In this document: piece by piece, positions 47,259-56,610 of the stretch
Layout: the number at the start of each line of letters is the position of its first letter
Position numbering within the stretch: the first letter of the stretch is position 1
NCBI GenBank assembly: GCA_903917755.1
Contig: CAIXBT010000221.1
Coordinates: 1-61,380 of the forward strand
Source: an uncultured Bacteroidota bacterium
GTDB lineage: Bacteria; Bacteroidota; Bacteroidia; Chitinophagales; LD1
Length of the DNA stretch: 61,380 nt
Direction of reading: 5' to 3'
Notes under the pieces: model-generated
Databases searched by the model: none
Told to the model about the DNA's origin: nothing
What the model saw: the letters and a program-made list of their open reading frames with translations, nothing else
Made by a program: the position numbers and the translations under genes

Positions 47259-48344
47259 TTAAGATAACCACTTGTGATACCATAGCTCTGTACTGAAAGT
47301 CTTAAACCCAGCTGACTGATATAATCTTTGTGCCATATAATTCCGGCCCTGTGTCACTACAAATATTTTTTTGATGTTTTTTGCCGCACTCTCATTGATC
47401 ACATGATTGATCAGTTTTTTGCCAAGGCCGAGACCCTGAAAGTCTTCAGAAAATCCCACCAAACCAATGTTTGCCGCCTCAAGTTTTGTGTAACGTAAGG
47501 TACAAAAACCGACAGGCCTGTCTCCTTTGAATATGCAATAACAAAGGTCATCAAATGTTCCCAAAACAGCCTTCTCTACCCAACCCCTATAAAATTCGTT
47601 GATCTTCTGTGGGTCAAATTGGCCGTCAAAATAATAACGACTGTCTTTATAAATATTGCTACCTACACGTTTCAACTCCTCTATATGAGTCGGCTGAGCA
47701 ATGCCATATGTAAACCCTTCAGGCAGTGTATCGATCTCCTTTTGTTTTGTACTAACCTCAAAAGTCAATCTGATATCCACGAAATGAAAACCCTGCCTTT
47801 CTGCCACCTGCACACTCTCACGATCATGACAGTTGCAGAGATATTCGAGTATCTTGATATCATTGGACAATGAGAATTTATGGATCTTTTTGTAGATATT
47901 CTCAGTCAGGTTTCTGGAACTGACATAACCTACTCCCACCCCAAAAAAGTCTGTATCCCATGCCAATTTTTTCACCAGATTGGCTATCTCATTAAAGTTG
48001 AAATTGGGATTATCAAACAATGAAAAGGCAGAAGTGCCAAAATTGCTGATCTGATTATTGGCTTTGTGATCGATCACTATATCAGCCAATGATGTATAAG
48101 TATCCAGCACATCAAACACAATGGAAACACAGCCCAGGCCCTTGAGTGTATAATGCCACTCAGGACTAAGGCCTGTTGATATCAATACATCAATTTGCCG
48201 TTCCTGCAATAAACTCAACTTCAGCTGATCGACATAGATAAAGTCTGCCTTGGCATCCTGTGCCTTTACTTTTTCCAAAGCATAGAGCAACTCTTTACCA
48301 TAGTCATCAAGCCGGTCTTTATTTATTACAAAAAGTTTCTGCAT
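47259..48344 (-). CDS. WecD-like dTDP-4-amino-4,6-dideoxyhexose N-acetyltransferase (GNAT) with N-terminal extension of unknown function
   Basis: The C-terminal roughly 230 aa follows the WecD pattern (LAWDTDFFG...; FYRGWVEKAVLGTFDDLCYC; IGLVGF..GLGLGKKL; VVTQGRNYMAQRLYQSAGF; WYHKW). I place the start at ATG 48344 (MQKLFVI), just after the upstream stop, rather than the track start at 48389. Confidence 0.6.
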   Translation of the reverse strand: MQKLFVINKDRLDDYGKELLYALEKVKAQDAKADFIYVDQLKLSLLQERQIDVLISTGLSPEWHYTLKGLGCVSIVFDVLDTYTSLADIVIDHKANNQISNFGTSAFSLFDNPNFNFNEIANLVKKLAWDTDFFGVGVGYVSSRNLTENIYKKIHKFSLSNDIKILEYLCNCHDRESVQVAERQGFHFVDIRLTFEVSTKQKEIDTLPEGFTYGIAQPTHIEELKRVGSNIYKDSRYYFDGQFDPQKINEFYRGWVEKAVLGTFDDLCYCIFKGDRPVGFCTLRYTKLEAANIGLVGFSEDFQGLGLGKKLINHVINESAAKNIKKIFVVTQGRNYMAQRLYQSAGFKTFSTELWYHKWLS

Positions 48345-48345
48345 A

Positions 48346-49179
48346 CTATGACTTGTGCCTTCTGAAAATTTCAGTTCCTTTTTGAGCATCGGTGGAATGT
48401 ATCACTCCATCTCCCAAAATACGCTCTACTCTTCTGATCTCTTCTACCATCTTCCTGGTTTGAGTAGTGGATATTGAAACCGGATTATCTATACAATCAT
48501 CCTGTCCATCCATTTTAAAGTGTTTCTCAATGATCTGTGCACCTGCTGCTACAGCATATAGTGGCACCAATATGTCTGCGGTGTGATCTGACTGGCCTAT
48601 CACACAGTCAAATTCCTTATGCAAGGTATGAACGGCTGCAAGGTTTGCATCCTCTTCTTTAGTGGGATATGCCGAAATGCAGTGCAGCAATGCTATATTC
48701 TTAGTCTCTTCACGGAGTGTATTATAAGCAGTCCTGATCTCATCCAGATTACTCATACCGACAGAGAGGATAACAGGCTTGCCGGTTTTTGCCACTTTCT
48801 TCAGAAAGGGTATATTGACCACATCAAAAGAAGCTACCTTATACAGATCACAGCCTATCGAATTGAGATAATCTACACTCTCATCATCAAATGGAGTAGA
48901 GAAAAAGTCGACATTTTTTACCTTGCTGTATTCCTTCAACTCTTTGAAAGCCTCAAAGGGGAGCTCACACTTTTTCAGGATGTCAAAAATAGGTGAACCG
49001 GGAAAAGTTCTTTTTTCGGTGAGATAAGTTTGAAATTTCACTGCATCGACACCTGCTGATACTGCGGCATCGATCATTTTTTTTGCTACAGCCAGATCTC
49101 CACCATGATTAAGGCCGATCTCTGCTATTACATACGTGCGGTGCGAGGTATTTATCCCGAAGTCCTTTAAATGTTTCAT
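48346..49179 (-). CDS. NeuB-family PEP-condensing sugar synthase (sialic/pseudaminic acid synthase-like), short form lacking the C-terminal SAF domain
   Basis: 277 aa. YVIAEIGLNHGGDLAVAKKMIDAAVSAGVDAVKFQTY and CISAYP motifs place it in the NeuB TIM-barrel family. The ORF ends soon after the barrel. Confidence 0.7.
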   Translation of the reverse strand: MKHLKDFGINTSHRTYVIAEIGLNHGGDLAVAKKMIDAAVSAGVDAVKFQTYLTEKRTFPGSPIFDILKKCELPFEAFKELKEYSKVKNVDFFSTPFDDESVDYLNSIGCDLYKVASFDVVNIPFLKKVAKTGKPVILSVGMSNLDEIRTAYNTLREETKNIALLHCISAYPTKEEDANLAAVHTLHKEFDCVIGQSDHTADILVPLYAVAAGAQIIEKHFKMDGQDDCIDNPVSISTTQTRKMVEEIRRVERILGDGVIHSTDAQKGTEIFRRHKS

Positions 49180-49446
49180 GTTATTTGGTTTTGTATAATG
49201 TTGTTTCTAAAAAATTACTCTATCCCTATCAAACGCCCAGTATTTTTTTTGCCCTGCTTCTGATCATTTCGTTCATAGGTTCCTCAATAAATTTTCCATA
49301 GGATCATAGCCGCAATGTTTAACAGGATAGAGAGTAAAAATACATTTTCTGTCATAAACCTATTGATAATTGCATGAATAATACCAAAGTGTATCAAATA
49401 GAAGGACTAGGATGATTCTGTTTGAAACTATTATTGATCATTATTC

Positions 49447-50220
49447 TTACCAGCATGTCATACCCCCATCTACTAATATGTTCTGACCGGTCGTATATGT
49501 AGATGCATCACTGGCCAGATACAGGACCGCTCCGATCATCTCATCGTCATTTGCCATTCTTTTCATCGGGCAGCGGAACGAATAATGCTTTAAAAATTCA
49601 GGCCCCTGTGGATTAGCAGGGTTAAATATTCCACCGGGAGATACTGCATTGACTCGAATGTTTCTATCAGCCAGATGCACTCCGAAGTATCTTGTCATCT
49701 GAATGACACCGGCCTTGGTAGCTCCGTATATCTCGGAATTTTTGCGCGGAGTGTCTGTATATATTCTGAAATCTGGCGAAACCACTCCATAGAATGATCC
49801 GATATTGACGATCGCACCTTTTTTGAACTGATGCTGATCGAACAGATTGACAAAAGTCTGAATACAGAAAAAAGTTCCTTTGACATTCACATCCATTACC
49901 CAATCCAGATCTTTCTCCTCACGTTCTTCAAAGGGTGCAAAAGTGCTGACACCGGCATTGTTTACGAGGATATCCAGTGATTTATATTTTGTGATGATCT
50001 TTTCAAACACGTCCATCACACCCTCCTTGCTCACGATATCCAACTCATAGTAATCGCCACCTTCTATCTTATTAGCCTCATTCACTGTGACATCAAGACC
50101 GATAGTGACACAGCCTGTCTGTACGAAAGCGTTAGTGATCTTCTTACCCAGCTGCCCTGTGGCACCGGTGACGACTGCCACCTTACCTTTCAGGTTATGA
50201 AGTTTATCGAGAAAGCTCAT
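49447..50220 (-). CDS. SDR family oxidoreductase
   Basis: TGATGQLG cofactor motif, NNAG, and YGATKAG catalytic motif. Confidence 0.85.
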   Translation of the reverse strand: MSFLDKLHNLKGKVAVVTGATGQLGKKITNAFVQTGCVTIGLDVTVNEANKIEGGDYYELDIVSKEGVMDVFEKIITKYKSLDILVNNAGVSTFAPFEEREEKDLDWVMDVNVKGTFFCIQTFVNLFDQHQFKKGAIVNIGSFYGVVSPDFRIYTDTPRKNSEIYGATKAGVIQMTRYFGVHLADRNIRVNAVSPGGIFNPANPQGPEFLKHYSFRCPMKRMANDDEMIGAVLYLASDASTYTTGQNILVDGGMTCW

Positions 50221-50989
50221 GTTGTAAATTTTGTAAGTATTGTAATGACCGGATCAACCCTTCTGTTTCTTTATAATATTCTACTGTCACATAGTGTACA
50301 TCACTCTGCTGAATGACTTTGCGAAGTTCTGTGTATATCATCTCATCTGGTGCATAGTGTGCGTCAAAGGCTTCTGTTTCGCTGCGCATTCCAAACTTGC
50401 AGATATGCACCTGCCTGGTTCTTGATATCGGAAGCGCACCATAGTAGTCTGCAAATGGAATCCCCATATTGACAGCGGATATATGCGCATGCGCGATATC
50501 ATAGAGAAAATATATGTCATTATTCATGACCAGTTCATTCAGAAAGCCGGCCTCGATCACATGTTTGTATGCAGGTGAACGCAAATAATTATTATTCTCC
50601 ACACATATCATCATCCCTGCAGGCATGAAGGATTTGATGCGGGCTATATTGCGGGCAGCGTTAGCTTGCAGCTCGTCGTAGCTGTATTCGGTGCCACCTA
50701 TATAGAATACCCCATCTGTCAATATCGGTTTATCACAGCAGGATGCCACATGAAAACTCGCCAGCTTGATATGGGGCTTGGATTTGAATACGTTTTCTAA
50801 ATAACCGAACCTCTCCTCATCTATAGGATGAATGATCTGCATTTCGAAATGAAAAAGTTCATGTAACTGGATACTTTCTTCTTTCGGAGAATGATCTCTG
50901 CACTCCAGACAATCTGAATGTGAAGTGATCAGTTTGGCATCAACATCATTTTTGAAGAGATGCGAAATAGGAGTGGCTATCTTAAACAT
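50204..50989 (-). CDS. Hypothetical protein (possibly TIM-barrel isomerase/epimerase-like) in the sugar cluster
   Basis: 261 aa. It is translationally coupled on both sides, with a 17-bp and an 8-bp overlap. I recognise no confident family motif. Confidence 0.35.
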   Translation of the reverse strand: MFKIATPISHLFKNDVDAKLITSHSDCLECRDHSPKEESIQLHELFHFEMQIIHPIDEERFGYLENVFKSKPHIKLASFHVASCCDKPILTDGVFYIGGTEYSYDELQANAARNIARIKSFMPAGMMICVENNNYLRSPAYKHVIEAGFLNELVMNNDIYFLYDIAHAHISAVNMGIPFADYYGALPISRTRQVHICKFGMRSETEAFDAHYAPDEMIYTELRKVIQQSDVHYVTVEYYKETEGLIRSLQYLQNLQHELSR

Positions 50990-52109
50990 GAAAAAACGCT
51001 TCTATCTTATCACAAATTAAGTTGGCTTGATCTATCGTCAGATCGTAATATAAAGGAAGGCGTAGCAATGTATCGGTCCACATATCTGAATTGGGAAGCT
51101 CCGCACCAGTATATTTAGAGGCGTAAAATTCCGATTTATGCAAAGACAGATAATGGAAAACTGCGTGAATGTGATTTTGTTTAAGATATGCCGCCAGTTC
51201 TGTGCGCTCCTTTAGTGACCCGCAACCTATATAATACATATGCGCATTATTGGTAGCGAAATCGGGCACAAACGGCAATTTCAATCTGCCCTGCAGGCTT
51301 TTTAATCTGGCATGGTAGGCATCCCAGATAGCGACCCTTTTCTTCTGAATAATATCTATGCTCTCCAGCTGTGCCAGCAGATATGCGGCATTGAGTTCTG
51401 ACGGGAGAAATGAAGAACCTACATCGACCCAACCATATTTATCTATCTCGCCTCTGAAAAACTTGGTGCGATTTGTCCCTTTCTCCCGAATGATTTCTGC
51501 ACGTTCTTTATATTTTTCATCATTGATCACGGTCATGCCACCTTCGCCGGAAATGATGTTTTTCGTTTCATGAAAAGAGAAAGCAGACAGGTGCCCAAAA
51601 GACCCCAGCGGTTTACCTTTATAAAAAGAATCAATGGCCTGTGCTGCATCTTCTACTACCAGAAGGTTGTGTCTCTGGGCAATGGCATTGACCTTATCCA
51701 TATCGCAGGCTATTCCCGCATAATGAACGACCACGATCACTTTCGTGCGCGGTGTGACCAGAGCTTCGATGGCATCTACGTCGATATTGGGATTTTGGTC
51801 GCTGCTATCACAAAAGATCAATTTAGCACCCCTCAATACAAAGGGGTTAGCTGTGGACACGAATGTATAAGAAGGCAGGATCACCTCATCACCTTCCTGC
51901 AGATCGCAAAGCAGGGAGCACATTTCAAGTGCATCAGTACAGGAGGTAGTGAGAAAAGCTTTCTTAAAACCGTATCTCTTTTCAAAAAGCTCAGTACTCT
52001 TTTTGGTGAAGGGGCCATCGCCAGAAAGCTTACGATTGGTTATAGCCTCTTGTATGTATTTCATTTCGTTCCCGATCACGACAGGAAGATTGAAAGGAAT
52101 TGGATTCAT
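50982..52109 (-). CDS. DegT/DnrJ/EryC1 family aminotransferase, WecE-like (dTDP-4-keto-6-deoxyhexose 4-aminotransferase)
   Basis: 375 aa. IPFNLPVVIGNEMKYIQEAI..KLSGDGPFTKK...LTTSCTDALEMC...GDEVILPSYTFVSTANPFVLRGAKLIF closely parallels the E. coli WecE N-terminal region. Confidence 0.8.
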   Translation of the reverse strand: MNPIPFNLPVVIGNEMKYIQEAITNRKLSGDGPFTKKSTELFEKRYGFKKAFLTTSCTDALEMCSLLCDLQEGDEVILPSYTFVSTANPFVLRGAKLIFCDSSDQNPNIDVDAIEALVTPRTKVIVVVHYAGIACDMDKVNAIAQRHNLLVVEDAAQAIDSFYKGKPLGSFGHLSAFSFHETKNIISGEGGMTVINDEKYKERAEIIREKGTNRTKFFRGEIDKYGWVDVGSSFLPSELNAAYLLAQLESIDIIQKKRVAIWDAYHARLKSLQGRLKLPFVPDFATNNAHMYYIGCGSLKERTELAAYLKQNHIHAVFHYLSLHKSEFYASKYTGAELPNSDMWTDTLLRLPLYYDLTIDQANLICDKIEAFFHV

Positions 52110-52498
52110 CGCAGATTTTTTCTAAATATTTGATTACCTGTTCAGGTTAAAAATAATATCCTCGCCATTTGGTTTTCATTAAACCGAATTGAGGTGTTAC
52201 AATCCCATAATTTGCCCGAAATAAATGTATTAGTCCTGACATAACGCTCATTTCATTCTATAATATGACCATTGTCTAAGATGGTTACAATTATATTGAA
52301 TAATAATTGAAAATAGCTAAATCCATGAATTTTTCATACTTGCTCAAATCAAATGCAAATCATTTATAACTTGTTCGTTATTTTATACACTAATAGCATT
52401 GACTTGAACATCTATAAGTGCTTTCAAACACTGTAGCCATGTGATTCAAAAAATTAAAAAACTATTTTTACCTAAATTTACGCATACACAATACGATA

Positions 52499-53470
52499 AT
52501 GGCTGTAAAAAACTTTGCATTAATAGGAGCTGCCGGATATATTGCCTCAAGACATCTAAGAGCCATTAAGGACACAGGTAACAATCTGGTTGCTGCACTG
52601 GACAAATTCGACAGTGTCGGGATCATAGACAGTTATTTCCCCGATGCAGATTTCTTTGTCGAATTTGAGCGTTTCGATCGTTATTTGGATAAACTGATCC
52701 GCAGTCACACAAATGTGGATTTTGTCTCGATCTGTACTCCCAACTATCTGCATGATGCCCACATACGCTTCGGACTGAAGCATGGTGCTGACGTGATATG
52801 CGAGAAACCTCTGGTCCTCAACCCTTGGAATATTGACAGCATAAAGGAACTGGAAACTGAGATGGGCCGGAAAGTATATAATATACTCCAGCTGAGGCTC
52901 CATCCAGCTATTATAGCGCTAAAAGAAGAGGTAGCTCGTGCTCCTAAGGACAAGGTATATGAATTTGATCTAACCTATATCACATCACGCGGGCATTGGT
53001 ACTACACCAGCTGGAAAGGCGATATTTCAAAATCAGGAGGTATAGCCACCAATATCGGAGTGCATTTTTATGATATGCTTTCATGGATATTCGGAGATGT
53101 GAAACAAAATATCGTGCATATACACACCCATGACCGTGCGGCAGGATATCTGGAATTCGAAAGGGCACGTGTACGTTGGTTCCTCAGCATCAATGTGGAC
53201 ACCATACCTGCCGATATCCGTGCGCAGGGCAAGAGAACATACAGATCCATGAACATCGAAGGCAAAGAAATTGAGTTTAGTGACGGATTCACAGATCTGC
53301 ATACCCGAAGCTATGAAGAGATATTAAAAGGAAACGGGTTTGGACTGATGGAGGCTATGCCTTCTATCAAAATAGTTCATGACATAAGGCATCAAACACC
53401 TATCGGATTGAAAGGTGACTATCACCCTTTTGCTGCTCTCGAGCAGGCACCGCATCCATTTCATAGTTAA
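52499..53470 (+). CDS. Gfo/Idh/MocA family oxidoreductase (WbpB-like sugar-nucleotide dehydrogenase)
   Basis: NFALIGAAGYIASRHL Rossmann start and EKP motif (ICEKPLV), in a polysaccharide-locus context. Confidence 0.75.
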   Translation: MAVKNFALIGAAGYIASRHLRAIKDTGNNLVAALDKFDSVGIIDSYFPDADFFVEFERFDRYLDKLIRSHTNVDFVSICTPNYLHDAHIRFGLKHGADVICEKPLVLNPWNIDSIKELETEMGRKVYNILQLRLHPAIIALKEEVARAPKDKVYEFDLTYITSRGHWYYTSWKGDISKSGGIATNIGVHFYDMLSWIFGDVKQNIVHIHTHDRAAGYLEFERARVRWFLSINVDTIPADIRAQGKRTYRSMNIEGKEIEFSDGFTDLHTRSYEEILKGNGFGLMEAMPSIKIVHDIRHQTPIGLKGDYHPFAALEQAPHPFHS

Positions 53471-53486
53471 TTAAAATAGAGAACAA

Positions 53487-55334
53487 ATGTGCGGAATAGC
53501 AGGCTTTTATTCATTCAATAAAAAATTCACGGATGCAGATCTGAAAAGGATGACTGACAGTATCGCTCACAGAGGGCCCGATGCTGATGGCTTCTACTCA
53601 GATGTCGAAAGCGGCGTAGGTCTGGGGCATCGCAGGCTCAGCATTCTTGACCTCAGCACTGCTGCCAATCAACCTATGCGATCTCACTGCGGCAGATATT
53701 ATATCTGTTTCAATGGTGAAGTATTCAATTACCGTGAGATAGCCGAGCAACTGGGCATACAATGCCACACCACATCAGATACAGAAGTGATCCTGGAATC
53801 TTTTATCATGAAAGGAGTTGACTTTGTGCACCTCCTCAATGGCATGTTTGCCATAGTCATTTTTGACAGTCGCGACAAAGTGCTCTATATATTTCGTGAC
53901 CGATTGGGCATCAAACCGGTCATGTACTACTGGCAGAATGGTGACTTCGCCTTTGCTTCCGAGATCAAAGCATTGCTGAAGCTCGAAGAAATAAACCGAT
54001 CCAAGACCACCAAAAAAGAAAGTGTCTTCACCTTCTTAAACTCCGGCTATATCCCTGAGCCACACACCATCTACAATAATATTTCCAAGCTGCCGTCAGG
54101 CAGCTATGCAGTGATCAAAGACAGGAAAATGGAGGTCAAAAGCTTTTGGCAGCCTGAAGAGAAGATCACCGCCAATAAACTCTCTGATTTCGGCACTGCC
54201 AAGAAACAATTAAAAGAACTGCTGGAAAGTTCGGTGCGCTACAGAATGATAAGCGATGTGCCCTTTGGAGTTTTCCTGAGCGGCGGCATAGACTCCAGTA
54301 CTGTAGCTGCTATCGCACAGAGTATTTCCACAGAATCTATCAAGACATTTTCTATCGGAGTCAAGGATCAGAAGATGGACGAGTCAGGATTTGCACGAAG
54401 CGTATCTGAATATCTCAAAACCGATCATTATGAATTCATAGTATCGGAAAAAGAGTCGCTAGAACTTGTAGATAAGATGATGACAGCTTATGATGAACCT
54501 TATGCAGACTCTTCCGCCATTCCGACCATGCTGGTCTCAAAACTGGCGCGTCAGCATGTCACCATGGCACTCTCCGGCGACGGGGGCGATGAGCTTTTTA
54601 TGGGTTATGGTGCCTATGTATGGGCCGACAGGTTTGAGAAAAATCCTCTGCTAAAAACATTTAGATCGCCCATTAGTGTGGCATTGAGTGCACTCAGCAA
54701 TAAATACAAGCGCGTGGCGGGTATTTTCGATTATGCCGATGAAAAGCGTTTGAAAAGCCACATATTCTCTCAGGAGCAGTATTACTTTTCGGAGAAAGAG
54801 CTCAATGATCTTCTCGCTGATCAATACATTTGGCCGCTACAGTTCAATGAAGAGTACCATGATATAAAACGCAGCTTGTCAGCGCGCGAAGAGCAGGCTC
54901 TCTATGATATTAAAAACTATCTCAAAGATGAGCTGTTGGTCAAGGTAGATATAGCCAGTATGCAATTTTCACTGGAAGCCAGGACACCGTTTCTGGATTA
55001 CCGGCTTGTGGAGTTTGCACTAAACCTTGACGAAAATCTAAAGGTCAATAATAATGTAAGCAAATATCTGCTCAAAGAAGTGCTATACGACTATGTGCCG
55101 AAGCAATTATTTGACCGTCCTAAAAAAGGTTTTTCTATTCCCCTCGCTAAATGGCTGCATACTGATCTGAAATCTTTAGTAGATAAATTTCTTTCAAAAG
55201 AAAGTATCGAAGGTGCAGGGTTTGTGAAATATGAAAAGGTAAAGGACATTGTAAACAGATTTGAAAACGGACAGGACTATCTATATAACAGAGTGTGGGT
55301 ATTGATTCTTCTGCACAAATGGAATTCTCAATGA
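53487..55334 (+). CDS. Asparagine synthase (glutamine-hydrolysing) family amidotransferase
   Basis: MCGIAGF N-terminal nucleophile and SGGIDSS PP-loop. 615 aa, in a polysaccharide-locus context. Confidence 0.85.
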   Translation: MCGIAGFYSFNKKFTDADLKRMTDSIAHRGPDADGFYSDVESGVGLGHRRLSILDLSTAANQPMRSHCGRYYICFNGEVFNYREIAEQLGIQCHTTSDTEVILESFIMKGVDFVHLLNGMFAIVIFDSRDKVLYIFRDRLGIKPVMYYWQNGDFAFASEIKALLKLEEINRSKTTKKESVFTFLNSGYIPEPHTIYNNISKLPSGSYAVIKDRKMEVKSFWQPEEKITANKLSDFGTAKKQLKELLESSVRYRMISDVPFGVFLSGGIDSSTVAAIAQSISTESIKTFSIGVKDQKMDESGFARSVSEYLKTDHYEFIVSEKESLELVDKMMTAYDEPYADSSAIPTMLVSKLARQHVTMALSGDGGDELFMGYGAYVWADRFEKNPLLKTFRSPISVALSALSNKYKRVAGIFDYADEKRLKSHIFSQEQYYFSEKELNDLLADQYIWPLQFNEEYHDIKRSLSAREEQALYDIKNYLKDELLVKVDIASMQFSLEARTPFLDYRLVEFALNLDENLKVNNNVSKYLLKEVLYDYVPKQLFDRPKKGFSIPLAKWLHTDLKSLVDKFLSKESIEGAGFVKYEKVKDIVNRFENGQDYLYNRVWVLILLHKWNSQ

Positions 55335-55346
55335 TCTTTTTGATAC

Positions 55347-56585
55347 ATGAATACTCCCAATAAAAACATTCTTTACATTTCTTATGATGGTATGACAGAT
55401 CCGCTGGGCCAGTCTCAAGTCATACCATATCTTGCCGGCCTGTCAGACAATGGCTACTTCATCACTATTCTCAGTTTTGAAAAAATAGAGGTCTATCCTA
55501 AAAATGCTGATCTGATATCAAGCATTCTTAAGAAGAAAAACATCAATTGGGTTCCCCTATTCTATACCAAAAAACCACCTGTACTATCTACGCTCTGGGA
55601 TGCATTTCAGATGATCTCAAAAGCGACCGAACTGCATCACATGAATAATTTTTCTGTCATTCATTGCAGGAGTTACATCAGTGCCCTAGCGGGCCTGAGT
55701 ATGAAACGCAAATTCGGTACCAAGTTCATTTTTGATATGAGAGGATTCTGGGCCGACGAACGAGTGGATGGCAATATCTGGAAGTTGAGCAACCCTCTTT
55801 TTAAAACCATTTATACCTTCTTCAAAAAGAAGGAAAAAGAATTTCTCGAAAATGCAGATCGTGTGATCACCCTCACCTATGCCGCTGAAAAGGAGATACA
55901 TACATGGAAAAACATCAGCAACAATCCGGTGCCGATCAGTGTCATACCCTGCTGTGTAGATATGGCTAAGTTCTCTCAGGAGAAAGTAGATCCGATGCTG
56001 AAACTTCAACTAAAAAAAGATCTGGGCCTTGAGAATGCAGATTATGTCCTTGCTTATTTAGGCTCACTGGGCACCTGGTATATGCTCGATGAGATGCTTG
56101 ATTTTTTTAAAGTGCTATCATCAAAAAAGCAAAAAGCAAAATTGCTTTTTGTGACCAACAATCCTCTCGAAGGTATAATGGCAGCAGTAGCAAAAAGAGG
56201 GATCGATAAAAACGCAGTGATCGTGACACAGGCATCATTTGAAAAAGTGCCGACCTATCTGTCGCTGTCAGATGCTTCGATATTTTTTATTAAACCTGCA
56301 TACTCAAAAAAGGGCTCATCACCGATCAAACAGGGGGAACTGATGTCAATGGGTATACCTGTGGTATGCAACTCCAATGTGGGTGATACAGAATGGATAG
56401 TCAGAAAATATCAATCCGGAATAGTCGTGGATGAACTCAATGACTCCAGCTACGAAAAAGCAGCAACAGAACTGCTCAATAGCAAGTTTGACACAGCACA
56501 TATCATCAAAGGTGCTGCAGAATATTTTTCGCTGGATGTGGGTGTGACTGAATATCTGAGTGTTTATGAAAAATTATTGAACTGA
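55347..56585 (+). CDS. Glycosyltransferase family 4
   Basis: 412 aa. ILYISYDGMTDPLGQSQVIPYL N-terminus and a GT-B C-terminal half. Confidence 0.7.
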   Translation: MNTPNKNILYISYDGMTDPLGQSQVIPYLAGLSDNGYFITILSFEKIEVYPKNADLISSILKKKNINWVPLFYTKKPPVLSTLWDAFQMISKATELHHMNNFSVIHCRSYISALAGLSMKRKFGTKFIFDMRGFWADERVDGNIWKLSNPLFKTIYTFFKKKEKEFLENADRVITLTYAAEKEIHTWKNISNNPVPISVIPCCVDMAKFSQEKVDPMLKLQLKKDLGLENADYVLAYLGSLGTWYMLDEMLDFFKVLSSKKQKAKLLFVTNNPLEGIMAAVAKRGIDKNAVIVTQASFEKVPTYLSLSDASIFFIKPAYSKKGSSPIKQGELMSMGIPVVCNSNVGDTEWIVRKYQSGIVVDELNDSSYEKAATELLNSKFDTAHIIKGAAEYFSLDVGVTEYLSVYEKLLN

Positions 56586-56610
56586 GACCTATAAAGGTGC
56601 GATCACAAAA

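Noticed and set aside
53487-55334. Calling this gene the housekeeping asparagine synthetase asnB
   Set aside because: The domain architecture fits AsnB. However, it is embedded between a WbpB-like dehydrogenase and glycosyltransferases, so it is more likely a glycan-amidating paralogue. I left the gene symbol blank.
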